Part shown: one piece after another, positions 17,216-26,940 of the stretch
Layout: each line of letters begins with the position of its first letter
Position numbering within the stretch: position 1 is the first letter of the stretch
Origin: a virus
Lineage: Duplodnaviria > Caudoviricetes
DNA: 64,000 nt
Virus record (IMG/VR): IMGVR_UViG_3300020112_000604
Location: 119,721-183,720 of that record
Strand: one strand, 5' to 3'
Translations under genes and position numbers: made by a program
The notes under the pieces: generated by a model
The model's database searches: none
Told to the model about the DNA's origin: nothing
The model's input: the letters and a program-made list of their open reading frames with translations, nothing else

Positions 17216-18435
17216 TTGGTAATTCTGTTTAAGTAATACTTCAACACGTATACAAGTATAGGTATATAGTAGAAGAAGTCCTTATTTGCCTTGAATTTAA
17301 TCTTCTGAAGCACATCTAAGGTGTTAGAATCAAGTTCTTCTTCGTTGAAATATGATGTAATCGGATTGTACATAGAGTATTCTTCCTGAAGAATATAATG
17401 GCAGCCTTCCTGAGCGGACGCAACCATTACACTAGGTATTGGCTGGAATAATCCGAACATACATGGCTTATCATATATTACAGCATAGTATGTCTGAGGC
17501 ACTGTAGCAAACAGTGTATTTACATTGTCTATCATCTGACCATAAGCCTGCCTATCTGTAAATGCCTTAAGGTCCTGCATCTCGATAGCACGGAATACCG
17601 ATTCCATATAATCGATAGCAAATGTCTTAGGCATCGGAAGTTCGTGGTGAATATGAATGTATTCTGAGCAGAATCCGTTGAATACTTTATTACGAATCAG
17701 GAATTCAATAAGATATGGGTCATAGTAGAATCCCATAGCTGTACTGTATGTAAATGTCTGAAGAGAATTATTCCAGAACAGTCCCTTATAGAAGTCAATG
17801 ATGTCTCCGATTACCGTATCAAGTGTGGAAGCAAGCTGGTTATCTTCTTCGGTCATTACACACTTCATATCTGTGCCGGAATTGTCGATGTTCATAACGA
17901 ATGTACGAACAACCTGACGTTCAAGAGATTCGTAATCTCTTCCGTGAGTTGAATACAGATGACAACGAATACGATATGAGTTAGCATCGTTTTCAAATGT
18001 ATCTATAACGACTTCATCAACAATGAAGAGATAGCCCTTTGTCTTAGGGTTCTGTTCCAGCTGGTCAAAGATGATGAATGAGTTTGGATATGGTTCAAAT
18101 GTATTCGGAATGACAACCAATTCGAATTCGACTGGTGTTGTTTCCAATCCGTTTTCGCCATAGTCCATATTAAACAAAACTCTTAAATCCTGACCATAGA
18201 GTGTAGCGTTCTTAATCTTATTGTATCGGAACGGTGACTCTTTACCAAGTACGGCGAATTCTGTTATAGTACCGGTGTCCCATGTAGAACCTGTCTTGTC
18301 TATATTATAGAAAGTCAGGTTTACCGGTTTAAGATTGTTATACATATAGTGGTTATTGGTAACCACTCTTTCATTAGCGTCCGAAATCAGTGTTGAGACT
18401 GACTCGGCGTAATTTGATTTAACAAACGTAGCCAT
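17206..18435 (-). CDS. Virion structural protein (neck/head-tail joining-like)
   Basis: 409 aa; SPFRYNKI and IPNTFEPYPN motifs in a beta-rich N-terminus. Confidence 0.45.
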   Translation of the reverse strand: MATFVKSNYAESVSTLISDANERVVTNNHYMYNNLKPVNLTFYNIDKTGSTWDTGTITEFAVLGKESPFRYNKIKNATLYGQDLRVLFNMDYGENGLETTPVEFELVVIPNTFEPYPNSFIIFDQLEQNPKTKGYLFIVDEVVIDTFENDANSYRIRCHLYSTHGRDYESLERQVVRTFVMNIDNSGTDMKCVMTEEDNQLASTLDTVIGDIIDFYKGLFWNNSLQTFTYSTAMGFYYDPYLIEFLIRNKVFNGFCSEYIHIHHELPMPKTFAIDYMESVFRAIEMQDLKAFTDRQAYGQMIDNVNTLFATVPQTYYAVIYDKPCMFGLFQPIPSVMVASAQEGCHYILQEEYSMYNPITSYFNEEELDSNTLDVLQKIKFKANKDFFYYIPILVYVLKYYLNRITKTS

Positions 18436-18448
18436 GATGTATCTCCTT

Positions 18449-19489
18449 TCACATTATAGAATAATGGCTGTCCTGAATATGATCAGCCGTAACGCCATAA
18501 TCTTTCTCTCCTGGATAAGCATTACGATGACAAGTTATGCTATCTACAATCGGAGCAATCTTACGAACAACGCTCTTTACCGAACGGTCGTCGACATCGG
18601 CGTCTGGATATAAATGTACATTTGCCATTACGAAAGGATACGCTGACAATACGTACTCAACAGCTTCAGAATATGACTTTCCGAAACCTGCGATTACTAC
18701 ATGGTTACCATTTGTATCACCATGCAATACGTTAAAGAAGATGCCTAATGCATCCATAAATCCCTCACAAACATGAATGTTTACTGGGACTATTGTATTC
18801 AGATTAGTTGGTATTACGTAATACTTATCCGTATTCATGTTGTCATTGACTACATAGTTTACGTATTTCTTACCTAATAAGTCATACTTAGGAAGATTGT
18901 TTCCCTTTTTGTAGGTAAGATTACGAAGTGAAATCATATTATTGTTTGCGCCAATGGCTCCGATAAAATACTTATCCAGAGTTTCCATATCACGCATGTT
19001 TCTTGTATATGACTTAACCTCGTTACCATTAAGTACATCTGATATATTTAAAACAAGTTTTAACCGAGTAGCATCATCATACGAAAGCTGAGTGCCAAGT
19101 CTTCCATTGATGTACTCTAACTTGTGTCTTGTCAATTTATTATCGGTCACTTTAGTTGGACCTAAATCCAATACTGTACGTCCAGTTATTCTCTTAGCTC
19201 TAAAGCCAGACTTATCTTTAGATACAGAATTGAATCCCTCTGGCATCCAGAGATTGTATCCATTTAACCAGTTCTGATTTACAATACCAGACTTCATCGG
19301 ATTGTGTGGGTCACAATGAAAACAGTTATGCATTACCGGAACTGTGTCATCGTTAAATGGGCCTATATAACAATGTCCAGATCTATCTCCGCAATATGGA
19401 CATATACAAACAATTTGTTCTCCACCCTTAGCTGTTCTAGCTTCAGGTAAGATATTCAGTAAGTAATCTTTAAACTCTTCTCTAGTCAT
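18449..19489 (-). CDS. DNA primase (Zn-binding plus TOPRIM)
   Basis: CPYCGD..H, CFHC; VCEGFMDA, DAD, KDYG TOPRIM motifs. Confidence 0.8.
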   Translation of the reverse strand: MTREEFKDYLLNILPEARTAKGGEQIVCICPYCGDRSGHCYIGPFNDDTVPVMHNCFHCDPHNPMKSGIVNQNWLNGYNLWMPEGFNSVSKDKSGFRAKRITGRTVLDLGPTKVTDNKLTRHKLEYINGRLGTQLSYDDATRLKLVLNISDVLNGNEVKSYTRNMRDMETLDKYFIGAIGANNNMISLRNLTYKKGNNLPKYDLLGKKYVNYVVNDNMNTDKYYVIPTNLNTIVPVNIHVCEGFMDALGIFFNVLHGDTNGNHVVIAGFGKSYSEAVEYVLSAYPFVMANVHLYPDADVDDRSVKSVVRKIAPIVDSITCHRNAYPGEKDYGVTADHIQDSHYSIM

Positions 19490-19504
19490 TATAATCTCTC
19501 CTAA

Positions 19505-19759
19505 TTACATAACTCCGGTTATCTTTCCATCAGATGTCATCATTATAATTGTTGGAGCTTTCTTTTTCTTTAACTCCACCGTGTACCCTAGCGAATCAGC
19601 GTATATTAGGAAATCTTCTAAAGATGTGAATTTGTCATTCTCAATATTGGCAATCTTTGCAACACTCAGACCAGACGCCTCGGACATTTCTGCCCGAGAC
19701 TTCATGGCTTGATTGCGAATCTTTTTAATATCTGCCGCCAATAGACTTTTAACTGTCAT
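19505..19759 (-). CDS. XRE-family HTH regulator
   Basis: IKKIR..SRAEMSEASGLSVAKIANIEN. Confidence 0.85.
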   Translation of the reverse strand: MTVKSLLAADIKKIRNQAMKSRAEMSEASGLSVAKIANIENDKFTSLEDFLIYADSLGYTVELKKKKAPTIIMMTSDGKITGVM

Positions 19760-20642
19760 ACGAGTCTCCTTCGTCTCCAGAGAAATTGTATGAATTTGTA
19801 GTATCCTGGATAAGTGACACTACCGATGAACACAGCCCTCTGGATGGCAATTCTTTAAGAAGTTCTTCCGCTAATTCTGCACGTTCTTCTGGTGCAGCTA
19901 AGGTAATTGACCTAAGTACGACTAATGTTGCAATATCAGCATCGCCTTCGGTAAGGTCGGTTAATTTATCAGCTCCGGATAATTCAATCAGACAATCTAC
20001 AACATTGTCCACAGAAACTGGAACACCTTCGAAGTATTCGTCTACTGCATCGGTTATACGTTTATCTTCGCAGCTCTCCGCTACTTTGAACCAGTCAGCA
20101 ATAAGGTCATCATAGTCTGTGTGGTTTAATGAGTCTACAAACGATGCAACCTGGTGGTTGATTTCTCTCCATTCTTCGATGCTCTTTTCACTGACAAAGT
20201 CAGCAAGACCGTACATTGTGTTAGGTCTAGCACTTGTTCTTTCAAAGAGATTGTACTGCAGCTTGATATTTGAATCTCTTCGATCAGCCTGCATCTTTTC
20301 AACAAGATATTTAGCATTCTCGGATATATTTCCATATCCACGAGCCTTATAGTCTTTGGCTATAGCGCAAACGAACTCAATATCCATATCAGTAAATTTA
20401 GGACAGAACGTATCAGAACGTTCTACCACTCGGATTTGGTTAATCACATCTTTGCTCGGTAATACATATAAGAGTCTCTTAGGATATTCTATTACGTCGT
20501 ATGATTCTATCGACATAATTGTCACTTTTCTAAATCCAACCTTGAGGATTATACCTAAGATAGTACTCTGGTATTTGGATTGTTTGAGAGTGTTAAGCGG
20601 GTCGACGATGACCACATCTCCTCGTTTGAATTTCATAATCAT
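19749..20642 (-). CDS. Hypothetical protein
   Basis: 297 aa; FKRGDVV (KOW/SH3-like) start; operonic. Confidence 0.7.
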   Translation of the reverse strand: MIMKFKRGDVVIVDPLNTLKQSKYQSTILGIILKVGFRKVTIMSIESYDVIEYPKRLLYVLPSKDVINQIRVVERSDTFCPKFTDMDIEFVCAIAKDYKARGYGNISENAKYLVEKMQADRRDSNIKLQYNLFERTSARPNTMYGLADFVSEKSIEEWREINHQVASFVDSLNHTDYDDLIADWFKVAESCEDKRITDAVDEYFEGVPVSVDNVVDCLIELSGADKLTDLTEGDADIATLVVLRSITLAAPEERAELAEELLKELPSRGLCSSVVSLIQDTTNSYNFSGDEGDSYDS

Positions 20643-21013
20643 TCCTCCAGTATAAAGTCTTTGATTAGTTCGAATGTACCGATGTTGAATCCTTCATCGG
20701 TAGCAACGTATTTCTTTGTGTCGGTTTTTAAAAGGTCTTGCACTTGGTCTATAGATACTCTGTCACCATCGATGACACTACGAGCAGGTACAACCAAGAG
20801 ATTGTGCCTTACATTTAAATAGTTTGTAAGTCTTTCAGAACTGAATATTTTAAGTATAGTAATGAAAGATTTCTGTACGGATTTTCTAACTGCTGAGTCT
20901 GACGCATCTTGGTCAAGAACTGTCACTTTGTCACTAAATCCCTGCACAAAGTCTTCAGATATCGCTAACGGATGCATCAATAATAAGTAATGATCTTCGC
21001 TGCTTTTGTTCAT
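20639..21013 (-). CDS. Hypothetical protein
   Basis: 124 aa; AAGGAGG SD. Confidence 0.7.
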   Translation of the reverse strand: MNKSSEDHYLLLMHPLAISEDFVQGFSDKVTVLDQDASDSAVRKSVQKSFITILKIFSSERLTNYLNVRHNLLVVPARSVIDGDRVSIDQVQDLLKTDTKKYVATDEGFNIGTFELIKDFILEE

Positions 21014-21039
21014 CTGAACAAGACCTCCTTTATATAATT

Positions 21040-21064
21040 TACTCTGATGTTGAGCTAGGCGTTA
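21040..21064 (-). promoter_or_regulatory. Promoter TAACGCC-N6-AACA-N6-TA (primase operon)
   Basis: TAACGCC TAGCTC AACA TCAGAG TA. Confidence 0.55.
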
Positions 21065-21071
21065 AATAAAA

Positions 21072-21098
21072 ATCCGGAGTAGAAAATCTACTCCGGAT
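21072..21098 (-). terminator. Intrinsic terminator
   Basis: ATCCGGAGTAGA/TCTACTCCGGAT plus T-run. Confidence 0.8.
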
Positions 21099-21102
21099 GA
21101 GT

Positions 21103-21663
21103 TTATTTTTTAGTAGTTGTAAATATAGGTACAGTCGAAGTTGTGTGTTGGAAAAACTTACCGTTAGACATGCCAATGGTGCCAGATGGATTGTATGCAT
21201 AAACGTCATAAGGATTGTCTTTACCGTATGAATCTTTGAGTACTTCAACGACGTCTTTATACGAATCGACTTCGTGTAATCCTTGGTGTTTTCTCCACGA
21301 TGACTCGAACCAGTATTGTTTACCATCAATAGTTATGATTGAAAACGTATGAGTTACGATATCATCAGGATTATTGCTCTTCTGCATTACGAACATATAT
21401 GACTTGTCTTTAACCCGCATTTTAGTAAATGCGTCATGCTGATAGTTTACAAAGTCCCAACATATGCCGGCATGATATTTATTCATATCGGATAACGAAT
21501 GCATCCGGTATTGGGACCAGTCTACTTTATCCGGATCGGTTATCAGCTTACCGTTTATCAGAACACCATATTTCCATTTGGAAAGCTTCGAATTCAATTC
21601 TTTAACTTTAGTAAGTTTATCGGTATTGTTAAATGCTTCTAGAATGAATGATACGTCACTCAT
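21103..21663 (-). CDS. Transglutaminase/papain-like Cys-His-acid fold protein
   Basis: AGICWDF, THTF and YWFES motifs. Confidence 0.55.
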   Translation of the reverse strand: MSDVSFILEAFNNTDKLTKVKELNSKLSKWKYGVLINGKLITDPDKVDWSQYRMHSLSDMNKYHAGICWDFVNYQHDAFTKMRVKDKSYMFVMQKSNNPDDIVTHTFSIITIDGKQYWFESSWRKHQGLHEVDSYKDVVEVLKDSYGKDNPYDVYAYNPSGTIGMSNGKFFQHTTSTVPIFTTTKK

Positions 21664-21677
21664 AACGTATCCCTCCC

Positions 21678-22721
21678 TTATCGTACATTACAGAAATCAT
21701 ATGACTCTGTAACTGAGTTACCGCGATACTTTTCGGCAATAGCGTGGCGAACACTGGCATTATTAGTCATTACGTCGACTATAGCCTCGTCAATTATTTT
21801 AATGTATTCTTTGGTTACTTCGTAAACTGATGCCGCCATCTTTAAATAGTACGTTGTCATAGCCGCGAAAACGACACTCCATTTTGATACTATCTGTTTG
21901 ACAGCATCTGCGGCTGCAACAGAATCATTGTCAAGACGTTCAACGAATTTATTCATAGCAGCTTTACCAGATTCAATGCTTTCACCGACACTGTCACGAG
22001 AATATATGCTAAAATGTATATTGGCTGCAGATACAGCAAATTCAAGCATATCCGGTCTGAATCCAAACCCTTTCAGATTGTTCATAGTATACAGATATAT
22101 CTCAGACTGTAAGCATTCTTCGAGCGTGTGAGTACCGCCAGTAACCATATCGCTTAACTTGGATGCAAAATCGTCATCACCCATTGAACCTATACCAAGA
22201 GCTTCAACCTTGGACAGTGTTTTTGATGATGATGCAATAATGTACGCAATCGGATCTTTTTCATTTTTCAGTTTATCGACGGATATGCCGAATAGATCGT
22301 TGAATAATACTGATTCAATGTCGTATATGATAGCACCCACATCATCAAGACGTTTTTTCGATAACTCAGGATATACGTTCGATAACTTAATATCCCCGGC
22401 TTTCTGGTTTACCAATTTGATAGCCTCGTCTTCGGCCAGTTTGCCATATGTGTGTATTTTTAACCGGTTCGACAATATATCCTTCATAATTTCGTCATCG
22501 GTTGCTTCTTTAGATTCCGGTTCAGGTTTAACGTCTTCCAGCTTCGTGTTAGGTTTCTTCTTACCGAATCGTTGATTCAGCTTCTTTAATGCTGCGACAA
22601 ACTTCTTAGCAACGTCTACGATTTTATCAATTATAGCTTTGAAGATCTTTTTGAACTTCGCTTTGATATCGAGGCCTTCGTCAATGACATCGTAGCTAAA
22701 CGATTCTAATGCGATATCCAT
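21678..22721 (-). CDS. Putative internal head protein, MDIALESF family
   Basis: MDIALESFSYDVIDEG start; ESYDFCNVR end. Confidence 0.6.
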   Translation of the reverse strand: MDIALESFSYDVIDEGLDIKAKFKKIFKAIIDKIVDVAKKFVAALKKLNQRFGKKKPNTKLEDVKPEPESKEATDDEIMKDILSNRLKIHTYGKLAEDEAIKLVNQKAGDIKLSNVYPELSKKRLDDVGAIIYDIESVLFNDLFGISVDKLKNEKDPIAYIIASSSKTLSKVEALGIGSMGDDDFASKLSDMVTGGTHTLEECLQSEIYLYTMNNLKGFGFRPDMLEFAVSAANIHFSIYSRDSVGESIESGKAAMNKFVERLDNDSVAAADAVKQIVSKWSVVFAAMTTYYLKMAASVYEVTKEYIKIIDEAIVDVMTNNASVRHAIAEKYRGNSVTESYDFCNVR

Positions 22722-22735
22722 ATTACGTTACCCCC

Positions 22736-23860
22736 TTATCTTATTGAACAGAAATCGTATGACTCGTGCTTCAGGTATGAAAATACGCCGGTTTCGTTTT
22801 TATATTCATCAACCAGTTTCTTCTGAAATTTAGTGTCATTGTTAAGCATATCATCGTATGCGGAATCAAGCAGATTTTCCATTGTGGTAATAAAATTATT
22901 TTGAACCGTGTACATTCGGACGTGTGCAGATGCGAGCACTGTGACTGCAGATACGATGTCCTGCATATGTGCCACAATTTTATCAAACTGTGAAACCGAG
23001 AATGGAGACAACGAAGTTATTTTGTGTGACATGAGTTGAATAAACGTGTCCGCATTCTCCTTAATAGTGGAACTCTGGAACTTTCCGTCGCTTTCATAGA
23101 TAACCGCAAATCCAAGTGTGTCACCACCGTAAAGATGCACGGCATCAGCGCCGCTTCTTGCTACCGAGCCGAGATCTTTTTTAGCATACTCAAACCACGT
23201 TTGGAATTTTTCATATTTCATGCATTCAGCAACAGACACTTTTTCGGTTTTAACGAGTTCTTTAATATCATTTACAGGATCATCTGTATTTGGTAATATC
23301 GGTGAAACTCTTTTAGCTAACTCAGAGTCTAAACGTTCAATAATTTTCGTAAATCCGTCTTCAGCGTCGTCTATGTACGAAAAATCATCAAAAAGGAAGA
23401 ATGCCGATGAACACGATGTGTAGTTCCGCAATTCGTTGACAATGTTGCCGATGTGTTCTTTACCGTATAACGGCAAAGCTACATTGTCAATCATAACAGA
23501 ATTGAAATTCTTTTTAGCATGTTCAACAATGTCATCCATGTACGCGCGCTTTATAAACGTTGCATGACCTGTGCGTTTTACGAAGTCTAGCGATTTATTA
23601 AAATCATCGGCAGCTTCAGCTGCAGCTCGTTCTTCCGCTGACGGTATATGAATAGTTTTTACTTCACCCGGTTTGTCCTTATTGGCTTTAGCAGCCTTTC
23701 GTTTTGCCATGATTTTCTTAACAAAATCTGAGATTTTTGTCCATAAATTTATGATAGCGTTTACGATTTTACCAACAACAGTTTTGATTTTAGACATAAT
23801 TCCGCTTGTTGACACTTCATTTACTACATCATAGTTAAATGATTCTAATGCAATATCCAT
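22736..23860 (-). CDS. Putative internal head protein, MDIALESF family
   Basis: MDIALESFNYDVVNEV start; ESYDFCSIR end. Confidence 0.6.
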   Translation of the reverse strand: MDIALESFNYDVVNEVSTSGIMSKIKTVVGKIVNAIINLWTKISDFVKKIMAKRKAAKANKDKPGEVKTIHIPSAEERAAAEAADDFNKSLDFVKRTGHATFIKRAYMDDIVEHAKKNFNSVMIDNVALPLYGKEHIGNIVNELRNYTSCSSAFFLFDDFSYIDDAEDGFTKIIERLDSELAKRVSPILPNTDDPVNDIKELVKTEKVSVAECMKYEKFQTWFEYAKKDLGSVARSGADAVHLYGGDTLGFAVIYESDGKFQSSTIKENADTFIQLMSHKITSLSPFSVSQFDKIVAHMQDIVSAVTVLASAHVRMYTVQNNFITTMENLLDSAYDDMLNNDTKFQKKLVDEYKNETGVFSYLKHESYDFCSIR

Positions 23861-23875
23861 AATTCATATCCTCCT

Positions 23876-24367
23876 TTATCCATGTTTATGCTTTCGCCAA
23901 GAGTACACATACATCTCAGCCTGTTTGTTGTCATCACATTGCTCAAATCCTAAAGACTTGTATAGTTTCTGAGCCTTTGTGTTTGTGTATGATACCTGGA
24001 GTTTAATTTGAGTGTGTTTACTCATAATGTCTTTCAGTATCTTGGTTCCTAAGCCGGACCCACGATATTCGGGTTTAAGGAATATCTCTCCGATATACCA
24101 CCAAGCACCACCGTCTATCGAACACTGAGTAAGCATTCCTGCAGATTTGTCATCTCCAATGACAATCATTTGTGTATCTTTAACTGATTCTTTAACGTCA
24201 TCACGGATAGCTTTCTGAATCCACGCTTTGTCACGCTGTTTAGGTGATATGGAATCCATTTCCATATCGTACATTGTATCTTCGTCTTTAGTAGTAGCTC
24301 TACGTAATGTATACGTCATAGCAGCTTCGTTAATTGAGAACACTGACATATTGAAATCCATAGACAA
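23876..24367 (-). CDS. GNAT family acetyltransferase
   Basis: PEYRGSGLG acetyl-CoA motif; N..A..LY..LGF. Confidence 0.9.
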   Translation of the reverse strand: MSMDFNMSVFSINEAAMTYTLRRATTKDEDTMYDMEMDSISPKQRDKAWIQKAIRDDVKESVKDTQMIVIGDDKSAGMLTQCSIDGGAWWYIGEIFLKPEYRGSGLGTKILKDIMSKHTQIKLQVSYTNTKAQKLYKSLGFEQCDDNKQAEMYVYSWRKHKHG

Positions 24368-24387
24368 TTCACCTCCCTAAGCTCTGT

Positions 24388-24399
24388 TATAAAAAAGTT
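24388..24399 (-). promoter_or_regulatory. Late-type promoter AACT-N6-TA
   Basis: AACTTTTTTATA. Confidence 0.6.
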
Positions 24400-24402
24400 G
24401 AG

Positions 24403-24438
24403 AAAAAAAAATAATGGGGAGCTTTTTAAGCTCCCCAT
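24403..24438 (-). terminator. Intrinsic terminator
   Basis: ATGGGGAGCTT/AAGCTCCCCAT plus long T-run. Confidence 0.8.
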
Positions 24439-24447
24439 ACAAGTGGT

Positions 24448-26016
24448 TTAAATCATAAGAATGTACTGCAGATATTCTCTGATAATCAGTTCGCTCTGCT
24501 CTGTCGGAATCCTGATGTCGTTGATTTCGTTTCTCGGGTCAACGATGTATATCTCTGAAGACAACAGTGATGCGATCGTTTCGATAACGCTGTTCATTAC
24601 CTTCGGAGACATGTACTTCTTCTGTACAGCCTGGTATTCTTCCATCTGTTCCAACCGCACTGAATCCTTACGATTGATGAACGACTTTGCCGCAAGTTTG
24701 CTGATTCGTCCTGAAATGATGTAAGGGAATATCTTGAGATTTGCATTCAGCAATCTTTCCTTTGCAAGAATGATTAACGCTACATAATCTCTTATCGTGA
24801 TTTCACGAATTGATGCTGTATCACCAAATTCTGCATTCCAAAGATTGAGAATCATTCTTCTCTGGAAACCATCCTTTGGCTGAAGCTGCTGATTATTTTT
24901 GGTTAACTGAGCAATGTAGTAGTTTACTTCATCTACCGTAGGTCTACGATATTTGTTGTAAATTGTTTCCATTGTGTACTCACAGTTAACCTGATTCTGA
25001 ATCATTAATCCGATATCAGCCTTTTCACGCTGCATCTCAAATCTGTCGAGAGGTGTAGAATTATCTTCACCATCTCTCTTCGATGAGTCGTGAATAATGA
25101 AGTCGTACTCATAGGATATATCAGTAATCTGATGTCCTATTGAGTTCTTAATAACCGCGATATTATAGTTTAACGGATTGTCGTTATAAGTGTACTTAGG
25201 GAATGATGACAAGAGAATAGTTGACACAGTTGCACAAGTATTTGTGATTGCGTCAATGCCTCTTATCTGACATGTGTCCCAAAGTTTCTTGTCATTCTTC
25301 GCAAGACTTGAAACGATGGTCATAACGGTTTCCTGAATCTTTGCGTGGATGTCGATTGTTGGATACAGATCCAGTATCATCTGTACAATTTGACTTAAAA
25401 ACGCATTGAAGTCCGTCTGCTTACTTACATACGCATAGTGAGCAACGATTGGAAGTAAGATGTCCATGATTGTAGACATTTCCATCATTGTCATTACGTG
25501 TACCGTGTCGTAACAGAGTGCGTCATTTGTTGACGCATACGGTTTAACCAATTTGTTGTTAAACTGTTCCTGATTAAGCTGTCTCATCTTAGATAACAAC
25601 GTTGGTTTGTTTGGATTCAATGTCAGGAAGTAACGCTGAATGTCGCACTTAAACATGTCTACGGTGTACTCTTCCTTTAAGATTAAATCACACTGAGCTT
25701 TGATATTAGCATATACCAATATCAATTCTCTATCCGGGTCATAGAACTTCTCGAAGTAGTTGATGTACTTGAAAAGCTTTGGCTTGATACCGTCAAGGTA
25801 TCTCTTCTTTGATTTCAGGCAGAATGAATCAAGCTCGAAGCTTGCTTCTTTCATACCTAATGCATAACTGACTGGTGCCATGATTGTGTCCTTAGTATAT
25901 GTGATTAACATATCATTCGGACCCGGTTGCCAATCGTCAATTGGCCATCTCGTATTGTTAACCTGAGCTAATGTTGGTCTCTTTCCTATCCACTGTTCTG
26001 GTGTATAGAATTCCAT
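24448..26016 (-). CDS. Probable non-virion RNAP promoter-specificity subunit (AR9 gp226 / phiKZ gp68-like)
   Basis: 522-aa helical protein with its own early promoter, two genes from the chaperonin as in AR9 gp226-gp228. Based on synteny, size and timing, not alignment. Confidence 0.55.
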   Translation of the reverse strand: MEFYTPEQWIGKRPTLAQVNNTRWPIDDWQPGPNDMLITYTKDTIMAPVSYALGMKEASFELDSFCLKSKKRYLDGIKPKLFKYINYFEKFYDPDRELILVYANIKAQCDLILKEEYTVDMFKCDIQRYFLTLNPNKPTLLSKMRQLNQEQFNNKLVKPYASTNDALCYDTVHVMTMMEMSTIMDILLPIVAHYAYVSKQTDFNAFLSQIVQMILDLYPTIDIHAKIQETVMTIVSSLAKNDKKLWDTCQIRGIDAITNTCATVSTILLSSFPKYTYNDNPLNYNIAVIKNSIGHQITDISYEYDFIIHDSSKRDGEDNSTPLDRFEMQREKADIGLMIQNQVNCEYTMETIYNKYRRPTVDEVNYYIAQLTKNNQQLQPKDGFQRRMILNLWNAEFGDTASIREITIRDYVALIILAKERLLNANLKIFPYIISGRISKLAAKSFINRKDSVRLEQMEEYQAVQKKYMSPKVMNSVIETIASLLSSEIYIVDPRNEINDIRIPTEQSELIIREYLQYILMI

Positions 26017-26063
26017 AATTGATGTCCTCCTTTTCCGAGCAGACTTCTATCTACTTCACCCTT

Positions 26064-26088
26064 ATAATATATAAGTGTTTTTCTGATT
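26064..26088 (-). promoter_or_regulatory. Early-type promoter
   Basis: AAAACACTTATATATTAT. Confidence 0.65.
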
Positions 26089-26854
26089 AACGTTTACGGG
26101 TTTTACCAACGGTTTTGGTTGTCTTAGTTTGTCCGACGGTACGAGTTGTTTTGCTCTTTCCGGTAGGCTTTGATGGATTAACCGTGTTGACAATCTTGTC
26201 AACTGTATCCTGAATCTCTGATGGAAGCTTCTGAATCTTCTTTTCAACCTTACGTTCAAATCGGTTTATCTTATTTGTCGTATCGATCTTGTGTCTTACT
26301 GAGGCATCAGTATGAATCTTGCCATTTATGATAATCTGACTGTACTTTGCCGGATGCATCATAGCGATATTCTCTTTATTGAAGAGATTGAGTTTATGCA
26401 TTACGAGATATGCGAAGTAAAATGACTTGCACATTCTCAGATTATGGTCTGGATTAGTATGTACCGGTTCCTGTTTAAGAGCCAGTTCATTAAGCTTGAA
26501 CTTGAGAGAATCGATAAGCATGTTCTCCTTATTGAAACACCAGCAATAGTAATAGATGAATCCTGGGTCATTCGAGAAGAACTTAACTTCGTATTCGGAT
26601 ATTGTCTTGTTTGTAATCTGCTTATCGTTCTTAGGGATAAACTGAAGTACTACGTCATACTTAACGTTCTTTAGTTTAGCGTCAGGAATGTAGAAGTAGA
26701 ACCAGTATTCATCTCCCTTTGTATATATAGCCACTTCGGGCATCTTGTTTTCTCTGATAATGATATCGTTAAGCTTGTTAGAGTAAGACTGCATCAGTTC
26801 TCGGTTAGTCTGATTAGCAAGCTTAGGATCGTTAATGTATTCTAATAAAGTCAT
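26087..26854 (-). CDS. Conserved hypothetical protein with basic C-terminus (start moved to 26854)
   Basis: The TTG at 26917 abuts a terminator hairpin; AAGGAG SD supports ATG 26854. Confidence 0.7.
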   Translation of the reverse strand: MTLLEYINDPKLANQTNRELMQSYSNKLNDIIIRENKMPEVAIYTKGDEYWFYFYIPDAKLKNVKYDVVLQFIPKNDKQITNKTISEYEVKFFSNDPGFIYYYCWCFNKENMLIDSLKFKLNELALKQEPVHTNPDHNLRMCKSFYFAYLVMHKLNLFNKENIAMMHPAKYSQIIINGKIHTDASVRHKIDTTNKINRFERKVEKKIQKLPSEIQDTVDKIVNTVNPSKPTGKSKTTRTVGQTKTTKTVGKTRKR

Positions 26855-26883
26855 AAGAACTTTAGCTCCTTTCTTCTTAACGT

Positions 26884-26915
26884 AAAAGGCGGAGTCAGAA
26901 TAATCTGACTCCGTC
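26884..26915 (-). terminator. Terminator after chaperonin
   Basis: GACGGAGTCAGA/TCTGACTCCGCC plus TTTT. Confidence 0.75.
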
Positions 26916-26940
26916 AATTACAAGAATTATATATAGGAAA

